Positions 39,230 to 52,714 of a stretch of 59,832 nt of DNA are shown here, piece by piece. The position numbers and the translations under genes were made by a program. Where the stretch lies: assembly GCA_001600815.1 (NCBI GenBank), contig BCKZ01000013.1, positions 645,621 through 705,452 of the forward strand. Direction: 5' to 3'. Within the stretch, counting starts at the first letter, position 1; every line of letters begins with the position of its first letter. The notes under the pieces were generated by a model that had not been told where the DNA came from, ran no database searches, and saw only the letters and a list, made by a program, of their open reading frames with translations. Origin of the DNA: Alloascoidea hylecoeti. Taxonomy: Eukaryota.

Positions 39230-40853
39230 TTAATGTTCCAAAATAGATAAGTTGCCAGTAATGACAACATTCTCTAAAACACTTCCATTTGGAATATCTA
39301 TTTTCTGACCATCAGAACAAACGATGATAACAGTTCCTTTCAATTGAACGGCCTTTCCAAGATTTACATTACCTGTAATTGTTAAATGATCCAATTCCAA
39401 GATTTTTGGCATATGAGGGATTCTTTGTTGGAAGTCAGAAACCTTTTTAAAATGAGAACCCAATTTTACAAGAGGTTGAGCACCGAATCTATCATCCACC
39501 AAGGTCAATTCACCATGAGATAGGTAATATAGGTCAGACTTAACAAGTAATAGATCCGAACAAGTTTTCACAGGTAAAAATCTAGATCTTGGAACATTAA
39601 CTCCATGCCCTCCATGGAAATATTTGATTGCAGCACCAACAGCAGTTTCCAATTGTAAGACTGAAAAATCATTATTACCAACAGAAATGCTTTTAGTATT
39701 TGGAATAATTTCTAAATCGAGTTTTTCTTCTTCTGCCAATCGTTTGATTGCTTTTAAATTAATCCACAAATTATTTGTATTGAAATATTTAAACTTTTTG
39801 ATAGATTTAAATTCTTCAATATGATCTTTTGGAACTTGGGCCAATTCTAGCAAACGTACCTCACCATCATAGTCAATAATAGTACCACCTTTGACATCAG
39901 CCCTTGTTTTATTTGTTAACTCCATTATATATTCAGATTTAGAGTCAACCATATGTTTCAAGATTGGCAAATCAACAACGGCACCTAAGTTGTCAATGTT
40001 TGAGACAAATAAGATTTCTTTGCCTTCTGCAAGCAATCTATCCAGAACGCCAGAGGTCGCAATTGACTCAAACAAGTCACCATGACCTGGAGGATACCAA
40101 GCATCAATAGTGCCATTAAAATCCTTTGGAACGGGCAACAAGGAATCTTTGAAGACTCTTGGGAATCTTGATTGGTTGAAAGTTATGACACGAATCCTAT
40201 GGCTTGCATACTTCTTAATAAGATTTTGAGTATCAGAATCAGTATTGAAGGAGTTCATCAAGACAAATGGGACGTCAACGTTATATTTTTTATTCAAATG
40301 CTCCACCTGTCTGACAGACAAGTCCAAAAAGGAGCTTCCATCTCTGACCTCAATTACAGACTTAGGACCAACACAACCCATTGAGGTACCCAACCCACCA
40401 TTCAGCTTTAAAACGGCCAATTTGGACAAAAATTCAGCACCAGATTGGTCTGGGTCCAAAGCGGAGTAATCTACAACCTGTTCCGGGTTTGGGGGTTGGA
40501 TCCCATCCCACTGGACATGGTTAGCATCGGCTTTGTCGTTCAAATATCTTCTGAAGAGACTAAAAAAGCTGTCCATTTCATTTTCAAACAGCCTTTTAGT
40601 TTCTGGGTCCTTAACAGTATCGGTGAGGTTATTCAGGGCATTGCGCATTTGGGAAGCTGCTATACTTGACGACGTGCGTTCAAAGGCCTATGTGGGGGTT
40701 AGCAACATACATATAATTATGATAACCGTTGAAGCACTCTCTGCCCAATAGAATTGAATGCAGAGAAAACAGTGTATGATGATACATCAATAATAGGAGG
40801 ATACTCACAAAGGCACTCTGTGTTTTGGCGTGTTTTCGAGGAATGGCGGACAT
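39230..40853 (-). CDS. UGP1: UTP-glucose-1-phosphate uridylyltransferase, 2 exons (40853-40809, 40687-39230), 500 aa
   Basis: [16 protein letters not shown] and WYPPGHGD. The spliced N-terminus [33 protein letters not shown] resembles yeast Ugp1. Confidence 0.96.
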
Positions 40854-41016
40854 TTTTGGAGTTGGGAAGAAATGAGAAGAAAATGCAAATGCATGCATAC
40901 CAGAAGAAGAAGAAACCACGCAACTACACCCGTCCACCCCCTACCTACCTGAAGCCAGCTTCGATCTGAGGGCAAAACCAAACAAAAAACAAATCCAAAG
41001 AGTAATCCCACTGAAA

Positions 41017-43050
41017 ATGGACCAACACCTCATTTCCACCATCAACAGGCTTCAGGACGCCCTCGCATCACTGGGTGCCAGTTCCAGTCCCATTGACTTA
41101 CCCCAAATCACCGTTCTAGGCTCCCAATCCAGTGGCAAGTCTTCAGTCCTTGAAAACATTGTGGGCCGTGATTTCTTGCCTCGTGGCAGTGGCATTGTTA
41201 CTCGAAGACCCCTGGTACTACAGCTAATTAATCGCCGCTCCAAAACTGCTGCCGGGAATGATTCCACGAAACGTACAAACGAAACAAATACTGATGAATG
41301 GGGCGAGTTTCTCCACATTCCTGATAAGAAGTTTTATGAATTTGATGAAATCCGCCAGGAAATCGTGAGAGAAACAGAGAAAACTACTGGCAAAAATGCT
41401 GGAATCTCTCCTATTCCAATCAATCTACGTATATACTCTCCCCATGTTCTTACCTTAACCCTTGTAGATTTGCCTGGTCTGACAAAAGTTCCCGTTGGTG
41501 ATCAACCAAGAGATATTGAGAAGCAAATCAAAGATATGGTCCTTAAATACATTCAAAAACCAAACGCCATCATATTATCCGTCAATGCCGCTAATCAAGA
41601 TTTGGCAAATTCAGATGGGTTGAAATTGGCTCAAGAAGTTGACCCCGAGGGTAGCCGAACAATTGGTGTTTTAACAAAAATCGATTTAATGGATCAAGGT
41701 ACTGATGTTATCGATATATTAGCTGGTCGTATAATTCCATTGCGCTATGGTTATATCCCCGTTATAAATAGAGGTCAACGTGACATCGATACCAACAAAT
41801 CAATTCAAGCCGCTTTGGATTCTGAACGAAAGTTCTTCGAATCTCATCCAAGTTATATGTCCAAAGCTCAATACTGTGGTACCCCTTATTTGGCAAGAAA
41901 ATTAAATGGAATTTTACTTCAACATATTAAGGCAACATTACCTGAAATAAAAATGAAAATTGAGTCAAGTTTAGCTAAATATAAAGCTGAACTTGCCGCT
42001 TTAGGTGATGAAAGAATGGGTAATCCATCAAGTATAGTCTTGAATACTATTACCGAATTTTGTAATGAATATCGTGCGGTTTTGGATGGTGAGGGAACAG
42101 AATTATCTTCTCAAGAACTAAGTGGTGGTGCTAGAGTAAGTTTTGTATTTCATGAAATTTATAAAAATGGTGTCAATGCATTGGATCCTTTTGATGAGAT
42201 TAAGGAAGTAGATATAAGGACAATTCTATACAACTCTTCAGGTACTTCTCCATCTTTGTTTGTGGGAACTCAAGCATTTGAATCACTTGTCAAGAAACAA
42301 ATTAGAAGATTTGGTGAACCAAGTTTGAAATGTATCACTCTTATCTTTGACGAATTGGTTCGAATTTTATCACAGATTGTATCAAAAACGAAGTATAATA
42401 GATACCCTGTATTAAAGGAACAACTATTACAAGTAGTTATCGCCTTTTTACGAAAATCGTTAATTCCAACCAACACGTTTGTGGGAAATTTGATTGAAAT
42501 GGAAGAATGTTATATTAATACCGCTCATCCAGATTTATTAAAAGGTTCACAGGCAATGGCTATTGTTCAAGAAAAATTCCATCCAGTTAAACCTATACAG
42601 GTCGATAAATCCGGTAAACCGTTACCAAACCAACAACAGCAATCTCAACCACCTCAAGATGATTCAATTACTGGAATTTTTAGTAATTTTTTCTCCTCAA
42701 AAAGTAAGAGACGTTTAGCAGCAATGGAACCGCCTCCAGCTGTATTACGTGCGACTGGTGCAATGGGTGACAGAGAAGCAATGGAAGTTGAAGTGATCAA
42801 ACTCCTTATTCAATCTTATTTTAACATTGTTAAGCGTACTGTATCTGATACTGTACCAAAAGCTATAATGTTGAAACTTATTCAATTCTCAAAAGAAGAA
42901 ATGCAAAAAGAATTGTTGGAACAATTGTATAAAGCTGAGGTTTTGGAAACATTAGCGTCTGAAAGTGAATCAACTGTGCAAAGAAGGAAAGAGTGTCATA
43001 ACATGATTGAAGTTTTGAAAAATGCTAATGAGATTGTCTCTAGTGTCTAA
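41017..43050 (+). CDS. VPS1: Dynamin-like GTPase Vps1
   Basis: [16 protein letters not shown], middle domain and [16 protein letters not shown] is Vps1-like. Confidence 0.92.
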   Translation: MDQHLISTINRLQDALASLGASSSPIDLPQITVLGSQSSGKSSVLENIVGRDFLPRGSGIVTRRPLVLQLINRRSKTAAGNDSTKRTNETNTDEWGEFLHIPDKKFYEFDEIRQEIVRETEKTTGKNAGISPIPINLRIYSPHVLTLTLVDLPGLTKVPVGDQPRDIEKQIKDMVLKYIQKPNAIILSVNAANQDLANSDGLKLAQEVDPEGSRTIGVLTKIDLMDQGTDVIDILAGRIIPLRYGYIPVINRGQRDIDTNKSIQAALDSERKFFESHPSYMSKAQYCGTPYLARKLNGILLQHIKATLPEIKMKIESSLAKYKAELAALGDERMGNPSSIVLNTITEFCNEYRAVLDGEGTELSSQELSGGARVSFVFHEIYKNGVNALDPFDEIKEVDIRTILYNSSGTSPSLFVGTQAFESLVKKQIRRFGEPSLKCITLIFDELVRILSQIVSKTKYNRYPVLKEQLLQVVIAFLRKSLIPTNTFVGNLIEMEECYINTAHPDLLKGSQAMAIVQEKFHPVKPIQVDKSGKPLPNQQQQSQPPQDDSITGIFSNFFSSKSKRRLAAMEPPPAVLRATGAMGDREAMEVEVIKLLIQSYFNIVKRTVSDTVPKAIMLKLIQFSKEEMQKELLEQLYKAEVLETLASESESTVQRRKECHNMIEVLKNANEIVSSV

Positions 43051-43970
43051 TTATTATACATTGTTATAGAACTATAAAATTAATTGTTGTTGTTTTAACT
43101 TTTCTATCTATTATTTCAATCTAGCTAATATAATATACTACGTCAAACTCATATATCGATGAAATAACTATAACAACTGTTACGTTATGATGTATCAACG
43201 CATTAATAGTATGATAAGACCCATTACTTGTAATGTGCTATTTTGGCTGTAAATCCAGTTCAGTTTCCTTTCAAATTAAGTCCAGTTATATTTTTTTATT
43301 TTAGTTAAAAACCAGATTTCCTGTATACGTACGTATGAATCGATTGATTGTTTGGTTCATAATTCCTAATTCGTAACTAAATGAGAGTAAATGGAAAAAT
43401 AATTATAGAAGAGTACTTCGATTTGATTTTAAGGATGATTGATAAAAAAAAATATTTAACACTCTACCAGCGAATGTTCCATAATGGATGCTGCCAAAAT
43501 GGAACAGGAAAATCAAGGAACCGGTATGTACTGTGGTTCATCTAATTAATAACCGGTAACTTGGTAATATTTTAAACTTGACGTGCATAGAAGGATACCC
43601 GGTACAATAATAAACTCATCCGCGCGTAAAATAAAGTACGGGTGCATCGAAATTTGCCCTTCTGAAAAATCCATTCTGGCACACTCATGGTATATTTTTA
43701 TAACACAAATACTATACTATTTAGATTATATACATGTACAAGATTATTTAAATAATAATGAAAAGGCAATTAGATAGAAAATCATCGATGAATAATAAAA
43801 AATCCTATAACCCAATTTTTAACACTAAAACAAATAAAATCAATTAAGAGTTCATGGACAATGGAGGACTATATTAATTTAGTAATAAAACAAATTAATA
43901 ATCACATACGTATTCATCTTTTTCTTGGATATAAACACGAAAACAAGGTATTCTATTGGTGTATTTGAAA

Positions 43971-45585
43971 TCAAATGAAATCGGAAGATAACATATTTAA
44001 TCTTAAGAGTTCACTTTTTGTAGTGAAAGCTGTACCAGGTTCAAGATTTTTAGCTTCATGCCATCTAGCTAAATCCTCTGATACCATCCGAGGAAGTTTT
44101 AAAAACCTTGCCCATTCTTGAGATCTAATTCGAGCTTCAATGTAATCTAATTCATCTTGTAGTGGGGTAAGCCACCAAATATTGGGAAGTGAGTATAATA
44201 ACATTATGAAATGTGCTACTATTATAAGAGCACGGGGATCATCTTGGTCGATTAAAGTTACGAACTCATTGGGAACAAATGAAACCCAACGAGATATCAC
44301 TGAAATATAATCAGTTTCCGGATCCTCAATATTATAAATATTTGAAAATTCACGTTCCAAGTCGCTTATTGCCGATAAGTATACGTGGGAAAACAGTAAA
44401 TTATTTCTGTAAGTGTTTTCATTTGCCGTTATATTTCTAGAGCTTTGAGAAGAGGAAGATAAGACTGGGGTCCGATTATAAAAGTCAAAGCTAAACCCTT
44501 CTATTGTTGGTATTTCGGTAAATTCTTTTAGAGTTAATGTCTCAGTTTCAAAATCTTGGATGTTGAGTAATTGGTATAAGTAGTGGGGAAAATCTGAAGA
44601 TTTAATATTTCCATTTTTTGGGCCATAAAACTGGATTAGAGGAGCAAAAACACTGGAAGCAATCGCCGCTTGAGATTCAAAGAATACAGGCTTTATACCT
44701 TTTGCGATCTTAAAAAAATCTGCATCTGAGAGCCTATGTTCAGGAGAAGCGGTCAAAAATATAAGATTGAAGAAACTTGTACACATCACAGCAATAGCTT
44801 CATCAGAGTTCTGAGGATGAAGACAATATTTGAAATCTTCGAGACTTTTGGTTTGATGATATTTCGCTAAAAAATCATAGTGTGACCTACCATTATGAAC
44901 CAATTTTTTGTCATTGGGAGCATTATATTCGAAATCAAGAGCACTTATCGCCAATAGCATTCTCATCAAATAGTTATATTTGTATGCGAGAGGTGGTAAC
45001 GCTGTACACCATATATTACGGAGTACCGGCTTTGTTGACAGCCGGAGATAGAAAGATGTTGAAAAATGTAGAATCAATTGCAAGTCCATCGTTGACCACT
45101 CCAAGAATTGGGGAAATGGCTCATTTTGAGAATAACTGCCCATTAGACTAATGCTACTTCGATTCTGAATATGGGGAGATATTGAGTTTGATGATGATGT
45201 TGAAGTAGAATTTGTCGAGCTTGAAGCCGAATTAGAAGTCGAGGGTATAGCGGTGGACGATTGCCTCCTTGAGCTCCTCGACCTATCATCGGTTGATAAA
45301 GATGTAATTGGGAGGTATTTACACTCGATGGCTCTTCGAGTGCAGTTGTTACAATTGGGATGGGTCTCGTCACACTAAAGGAAAGATGTTGGTTAGCTCA
45401 TATGCCTATAAGCCTAAATATATATGGTGAATAGAGATATCACATACCTTTATTTTCCTCTGTTTACATGTAACACACCCGCGTCGTGACTTCTTGTGAG
45501 AGCGCCGCGTCTGGATGCGATGAGTTGTGGACATGGGTAGATCCGGTTGGTGATCCGGTTGATGTGAAGGAACATTTCTAGACAT
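43971..45585 (-). CDS. Zn(II)2Cys6 transcription factor (Upc2/Ecm22-like clan), 2 exons (45585-45448, 45374-43971), ~513 aa
   Basis: RRSHKKSRRGCVTCKQRKIK|CDETHPNCNNCTRRAIEC joined across a GTATGT...GCTAAC...TAG intron. Also DLQLILHF, YLMRMLLAISA and DPRALIIVAHF. Confidence 0.88.
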
Positions 45586-45872
45586 AAGGATTATTACAAG
45601 ATCGTATTCGTACACGTAATGCTTGGGAAACAGAGATGGCAAGGGTGGAAACGGAAGAGTAGTTATAGAAATCCATCACGGAGATGGTCATCGCGAGGTT
45701 GAAAGATGAATATTCTCGAAGACTCTCAATTGTTTCCTTGTGACCCGTGCTTGGCTGATCATGACACTCAGCCGTTCCGCTCGAGAGATGTTTGCTTATT
45801 TGAGTATATAAACGTCTATTAAAGGACACATTACACCAATTATTAACATACAGTAAGAGACCAGTTTTATAT

Positions 45873-46771
45873 TCAAAGCTTGCCTATTTTGTCAAACATG
45901 GCCCATTCATCGTCGTTGCCCGGTTCCGACTCTTTAAGGTTAGGGTCTTCGGTTGGTGTGTCATTGACATCCTGCAGCCAGCCGAGCAACGTCGTAATCT
46001 GTCCCTTACTATTTGGAACAAAGTGCCCGCCCGGGTGTCGTAACATAGTCCTACTAGATTCTTCACATGAGTCCCAAAGTAAGAGACTTCTCTCCTCTGA
46101 AACCACCGTATCCAAACTTCCCAACACATGTAAAGTCGGAGTGTCGATCTTTTTGTCATACATAAACTGTAGGAACTCCGCCTTTGCTCGGAATCCACTG
46201 TAGAAAATAGCAAACTTGAATGGATCCTGCTTAATCAGTATTTTCTGGGATTCATCATTGGAACCTCTGGCGTAAAATGGCTTACTATGCTGAATGTTTG
46301 TAATATACTCACATAATAATCCAGCAAACCCAGCACCCTGACTAAACCCAATTACTCCTTCGAAGGGACCTTGTTTTTCAACTGCCTCATTTATTATCAG
46401 GAGACTTGTCTCCAATGAGTAATAATCGGGCTTCGTTTCGTCTGCTGGCCACCAGGATCTGTAATTAGGGTTGTCATCCTGAACTGATTGGCCTCCTAAG
46501 GAAGACACATCCGACACTTGGAAAGGTAAATCAGCAGTTTTTAGTATAATTGGGCCATCGACATAGATTAACTCGTAGTTTAGTTTTTGGAGTGCTTTAC
46601 GAAGGCCAGAAGACTTTTTCTGGAAAATTGAACCGCACTTGAGGTTGCCGAAAACGAAAAAAAACAACATGCAAAGTCAATATCTCTAAGTCATATATAT
46701 GGAGATGATCAGGATTAACATACCTGAACAAACCCGTGAAGACACAGGATCTTTCTTGTTTTGGTGGCCAT
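45873..46771 (-). CDS. FSH1/OVCA2-family serine hydrolase, 2 exons (46771-46724, 46637-45873), 270 aa
   Basis: KILCLHGFVQ|CGSIF, GFSQGA, GSLD and HPGGH. Confidence 0.9.
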
Positions 46772-48262
46772 AGTTTTATAAGTATTATTCAAATCAACGA
46801 TTAAATTGGGACTCGTGCAGAACATTACCCGGCCACATTGTTATTTAATGCTACACCCCTATTTGAATCAGAGAAAAAACAAGTATAATCTTTAGAATTT
46901 ACTAAACATTCTACACTATTTTAGTAATAGTTTAAGGCCTTGTGGAGTACTCGTAGGCTGGTTCCACTTTTGTGTGTGCGTGTATGTGTTTTTTTTGTTT
47001 TTGTTTTTGTTTTGGGGGGCAGTAGATTGTTGTATGTTATAGAAGGCATATTTTAGAGCTGATTTTATTAAAACGAATATCTACGTTACGATAATATAGC
47101 TATATTTTTCAGTATTGAATTGTTCTATGCAGCTCCATAAGACTTATATACTCTGAATTTCTGATCATGATACTAGATAAATTTAACTTGTAGGGTTCGC
47201 AGATGAAGATACGACATTGTATGTGTTGCAACCGACTTAAATAGATACAATTGATAATTTCTTTGAAAGTTTATATCTGAGTATTTTTAGAAATAAATCT
47301 TGCAATTGTTTGATTGTAAAAACTATGAAAGTATAGAAAAATTACACATATGCATGAAAGTGATAATAACTGTTGTATTATTTAGTATAATAAAACATAT
47401 GAGGTTAATGAGACATCTGTTAGTACTAGATTGGTCACTAATGGGTCTCCAGTATGGTTGTAGCATAGGAAAGATTGGACTATTTAAACAGTATATATTC
47501 CCTTTAATAAAAATTATCGGCTGTCAGCTTATAGTTGGTGTCAACTACTTCGATATCGAAAGATTCAGAATTAAGATATTATTGTGTTTGATTATTATAT
47601 ATAGTCTGTTATAATTAGAAGCTATTACAACATAACAGTTCACTGTAAACAGTGTAAGTGTGATCCCAAAGTTTGTGACAGGACCAAGGATCACAAAAAA
47701 CAAGGAGTTCGATAAAACGATTACCAACATCAGCATAATATATATATATTTATATATGAATTCACTAGAAACTTTGTATAAATAAACTACCTATCCTAAT
47801 ATGTTTGTTGTTTTCAGGGGGGTTCTTCTTCTTTTTCCCCGGGTTTTGATAGTTTATCTCGAGAGAATTAACTTCTCATCTTTCCATGTTAGTACCAACT
47901 GCTAGATATACCTTTCCCTGAATTCACTCTGGCTTGGCGACATGTGGGAAGTGTCATGGGGGAAAATAGAGCAGCCAAATCCGTCAGACTATGCTCACAC
48001 GAGAGGAATAGGGGATTCTAGTATGCTACTGTATGACAATGTATGTAGTAACTGTATATGGTTACGGTATAACTGAGAAAGGCGTAGATTATAGTACAAA
48101 CTACACATCTTACTGCAATAGGTCTCTGAATATGCTCATATGTACATATGCACATTTTGTGAGTTTTCAGCCTCACTTCAATATTTAGCTAAATGACATG
48201 CACATTGCACACATTATCGGGATTCTGCATTTTTCTAACCTAATGAACGTTTATAAAAATAT

Positions 48263-49224
48263 TTATTCCAGATATCTCTTATAATCAGCTATATCGATAT
48301 CTAATTCTACATCAGTGTCTGTATCTGAATTGGAATTGTAATCCATCCCGGAAGTTGAATCATTTGTTTCAGTGTCACTGTCTATTTTAGGAAAAGATTT
48401 TGTCAAATCTTCAGAGGAACTGCTGTGCAAAGTTTTAGTTTCGATATCATTTGATTCAATATTTTTCACCCATTTTATTATTTGGTTAACCTGATTCTTT
48501 CCATTCGGAATAAAATGAGCACCCCGATGCCTGATAATAGTTCTTTTTGATTCTTTACAAACTCTCCAAAGACTTAAACTGCATCTTCTTGACATCTCGA
48601 GATCCAAATCACCTATAACATGCAATGTTGGTAAATCGATTTGTTTTTTATACATAAACTGCAAATGGTTTGACTTAATAAAAATTCGAAATCCACTGAA
48701 AAAAATTGCAAATTTAAACATTTTTTGCTTGATTATTATCTTCTCCCCCTGAAAATAAAATGGAGATTTTTTTTGAATATGAAACATATATTCGCATAAT
48801 AATCCTGCAAATGCTGCCCCTTGACTGAAACCAATAATTCCCTCAAATGGACCATATTTATCGATTGCATCACTAACGTGATGAAGACCTTGCTCCAGTG
48901 AAGAATATTCTTTTTTTGAGAAATCATATGGCCACCATGACCTGATATAAGAAATCTCACCATCTATTTTAGGTTTATTCGATATGTGTGGAAACCCAGA
49001 ATCGTCTGATGGAAAATCGCATAACTTGATTGCAATCGGTGCATCAAGATAATGCAGCTCATATCCAAAATCTTGAAGAGCTTCTCGAACTTGAGAAGAT
49101 TTTGCAAACATCTCGGAAGCACACTATATATTAACTCAATGTTAATATCCATCAATTCCAGTCAAAGGAAATTTAACGAACTTACTTGTCCAAAACCATG
49201 AAGGCATAAAATCTTTCCCCCCAT
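48263..49224 (-). CDS. Second FSH1-family serine hydrolase, 2 exons (49224-49186, 49123-48263), 299 aa
   Basis: KILCLHGFGQ|CASEMF, GFSQGA, GDLD and HRGAH. The intron is at the same position as in the neighbouring paralogue. Confidence 0.85.
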
Positions 49225-50665
49225 TTAAATATTAATAGCTAAATCTAACGGTGAACCTTAATAATCAGATATGCTAAAGCTTGATGAAACATTTAGGGAA
49301 ATCTCTGATTTTATATTGAGTTTTTACATATACGACTTATATACGTATATAAGAATATTTTAGGCATAGGATTAGTTCAGTGTTCACAGAAACCTTTCAA
49401 TTACAACAGGTGTCTATACAACTTATGATTATATGAATCTTAAGCACAAGGATTTTTATAAATTACCATTACAACCTTCATATTATTTTTCTAAATTTGA
49501 TTTGATAAAAATAACTGATAGCAGCTATGGACAATAATCTCATCATTGCCTGTAAAATGTATAGGCCCTATATTACAGTTATAACTCATCAAAGAAATCA
49601 AATCATTAATCTCCTGTTGTATCAAGTTACTGTCAACTAGTACAGTACTTGTATGTAAACTTATACATACGATTATAATTAAGAATTGAAGAAGAGTCTA
49701 AAATGCACATGTAATATGTATAAATAAATTTTGAATTGAAAATATTGGCCCTATAGATCTAGATTATATATACAGTACATAGATTAAGATATAAATCATA
49801 TTGCTTAGACCTATTAATAAATTATATAGCATTCAAAAGATTGTGTTACCAATTGCAAACTTGCAATCTAAGAGTAGATCTATATAGATATATACTTTTA
49901 CGAAGAAATTCAGATTTATAACTATTGAATATTAGAGTCTTTTAAGGGTGTATGAAAATGGTATATACAATGCTATACATTATTTCAGTTTTGCGATTAA
50001 CGGTCAATACTTGCAAAAATAAATTAATGATGAGATTCAAAATAAAAAATACCAGTAAGCTTATAAGGCCTTACATGAAATGTCTCAAATATACATGGCG
50101 CCTAATATATAATTGTGATTAGTTAATAATTATAAATCTATACGATTGTACATTGTAGCCTTATAATTAAGCATAATATAAATATTGTATGCGTTTATGA
50201 ATCAATCTTAACTAAAATAAGATACATTCTATAAGGCCTTATAACTATAAAATAATACAGCACTCACATATCTATTCAACAAAATCTTACAAGTTATCCA
50301 TATACCGGTATTATCTGATGGCATGTGAAGCTCAATCTACTGTTCTAACAATTGATCAGTACTAGGCTACTAGCTACTGATTATATGCAAACTTATATGG
50401 CATGGTTTTGTTGTATCAGTACAGATCAATAACTCTATACCATTTTTTTTTAATTTTGACCAAGGGTAACGTTTCAAGTAAATTATTCGGATTGGAATGT
50501 TCTTGAAGTTGCCATTATCCTAACATAAATCAATTGAACTTAGAGTAGTCATAAATTCCATCATTTTGATAACCTATAGCAATATAACAATAAAAAAACA
50601 GTAAGGGTATAGCCAATAAGGTATATATTAAACTTGTAAAGCTATAGGCATATATATAGGCCTAT

Positions 50666-50909
50666 TGTATTATAATTGAGGAAATAACTTATAATATTGG
50701 ATTGCTAGAACCTTCTATAACAAAGTAATGTTGATATAACAAAGCAATGTTGAAGTTCTAGCTAGAAAGTTCTATAGTAATATTTGTATGTCCCATATAT
50801 GGATATAAATACTCTTCAGATTTCCCTTAGTTTTAGTCCTTAATACTTTCCTAGTAATCACATAGTCTTAACAATATAACTAGCTTTATATCTTTAAAAA
50901 GATATTACA
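50666..50909. mobile_element. Probable solo LTR (244 bp)
   Basis: TGTATTAT...ATATTACA ends (7/8 inverted match), flanks CCTAT/CCTCT as a near-perfect 5-bp TSD, an internal TATAAATA and a 19-bp tandem duplication near 50716-50753. Confidence 0.5.
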
Positions 50910-51854
50910 CCTCTAAGGGTTGTTAATACACAACAGAGTATATAATTTTAATTGTTGATTAATATTTATAAGGAATAGGATATTGGCGAATGGCGATCGT
51001 ATTTACACAATAAACTGTTCTAGATATAACATGCATACGTGGATATACATGTAATATACGGTTTATATAATATATATAACTATATATATATATATTTAAA
51101 CCAAATAGCAATGCACAATATAATTAATTATAGTATATTTGCTATACCGTTACATGTAGTACGTACTATATATATAGTGTATGCTTAAAAAAAGACCTAA
51201 AACCCTATATCTTAATCTGATCATATATATGACTTTTTGGCGGACGCAATTGGTTCCACAGTCTCTTTGATATATAATTGCAGTCGCAGCAGCAGATGAG
51301 ATCGTTCTGAATGGTAAATATTTTAATAAAACTCTTATTTTAAATCATATAAATTTGGGCGGATAACAAAACTCTGGGAATATCAAATCCTTGCCCATTG
51401 GGGGCTTACAAAGCTTATACATGTACTGCACCCACCTATAACTATTTACTAGTACTATTTGAGTCCAAAGATATATTTTATATACTCGGGCTCAAGGGAC
51501 TTAAACGCAAGGCGATAATAACATACTTACAATATATTTAATAATGATGTTGAATTTTTGGGAACTATGGGAAGAGTATACTGTCAGTTTCTGTACGTAA
51601 TATGTTTATGCAGCCATATTAATCTTTAGATTAGAGATGCATATATACTTATGATAGTTAATCTATTAGTTACATGTAATTCGTTACTTAGATATACGGA
51701 ATGAGTCCTACACTTTATGGTCTATAAGGGTTACTCGACGGAATCCAGCGTCCTGATTTGGAGTCGTGCATACTGCACCAACCTCCGCAACAAAAGATAG
51801 TGTCTATAATTAACGCTAGGTGCCTAGGTGTGATTATACCGGTACAACCTTTCC

Positions 51855-52205
51855 ACCTATTTATAGCGCTATTCTCGAAGATAATTAGCGATCTTGCGAG
51901 CGATCTTGCGGAAAATAATTTAGCGTTACCTAGGAGAATTTGGTAGTGTTATATGCGACAATTAATTGGTCACAAGTTAGCGCTATGTTCAAAAATTAAT
52001 TAATGATTCTATAAAGTTATTTAGCGATCGGATTGAATTAATAATTAGCCACATCTCCAAAACTTAATTAGTGATATGTGCAAAAATTGATTAGCGATTT
52101 TTCTAAATATTGTTTACCCATATCTTTGAAATCTAATTAGCGTTAAGTATGAGAAATAATAAATAATTAGCATTCTCTAAGGTGAGGGAGTTAATTAGTC
52201 ATCAC
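51855..52205 (+). repeat. Array A-left: ~15 degenerate units, ~23-nt period, core AATTAATTAGCG
   Basis: TAGCG-like cores at 51864, 51886, 51921, 51944, 51967, 51978, 52001, 52022, 52046, 52069, 52092, 52115, 52138, 52168 and 52196. Confidence 0.85.
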
Positions 52206-52550
52206 ACAATAGATAGGTAACAGTGATTAGACTATTTTCAACTCATCAAATTATTTTATTAGAAAAAAAAGAAAGATACTCAAGTATTCTAGATTTATAT
52301 TTCGTAGTATTTAACTTACTATTTACTATGATGGGGGATTCAATTTAAAATTCTTAAGGAAAGTCATAGCTAATTCACGAATTTGAAAGTGTCTATAATT
52401 TCTGCCGGTATCGATTCCACACGAAACTTTTAAAGTATAGGGAGTCTTAGGGACCCTTATTATAATTAGAAGTTGCTATAATAATTTCCCAGATAATGTA
52501 GACGCACAAGTGCACGGCTTGTTGTAAGTTTGAAAGCAAATTAATGTATG

Positions 52551-52710
52551 GTGGTCGATTATTTGTGAGTCATGTAATCTAATATTAACTCAAGATGTGG
52601 GCGAATATTTAATGCAAGTAGTGCTTGAATAATTTATTGAATAAGTGGTCTAACCTTTATGTCTGATATGGTCGAGTATTTAATTCAGGGGTGATTGCAT
52701 ATTAACTGTA
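52551..52710 (+). repeat. Array B: 7 degenerate units, ~23-nt period, core GTGGTCGAATATTTAAT
   Basis: Units start at 52551, 52574, 52597, 52621, 52645, 52668 and 52691. Confidence 0.8.
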
Positions 52711-52714
52711 TACC

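Noticed and set aside
47820..47990. Possible structured RNA (TTTTCCCC...GGGGAAAA pairing)
   Set aside because: Only short, low-complexity complementarity and no recognisable family motif.
51380..51415. CCATTGGGGGCTTAC resembling the RNase MRP/P 3' conserved region
   Set aside because: No matching 5' conserved region (GAAAGUCCCC-like) upstream.
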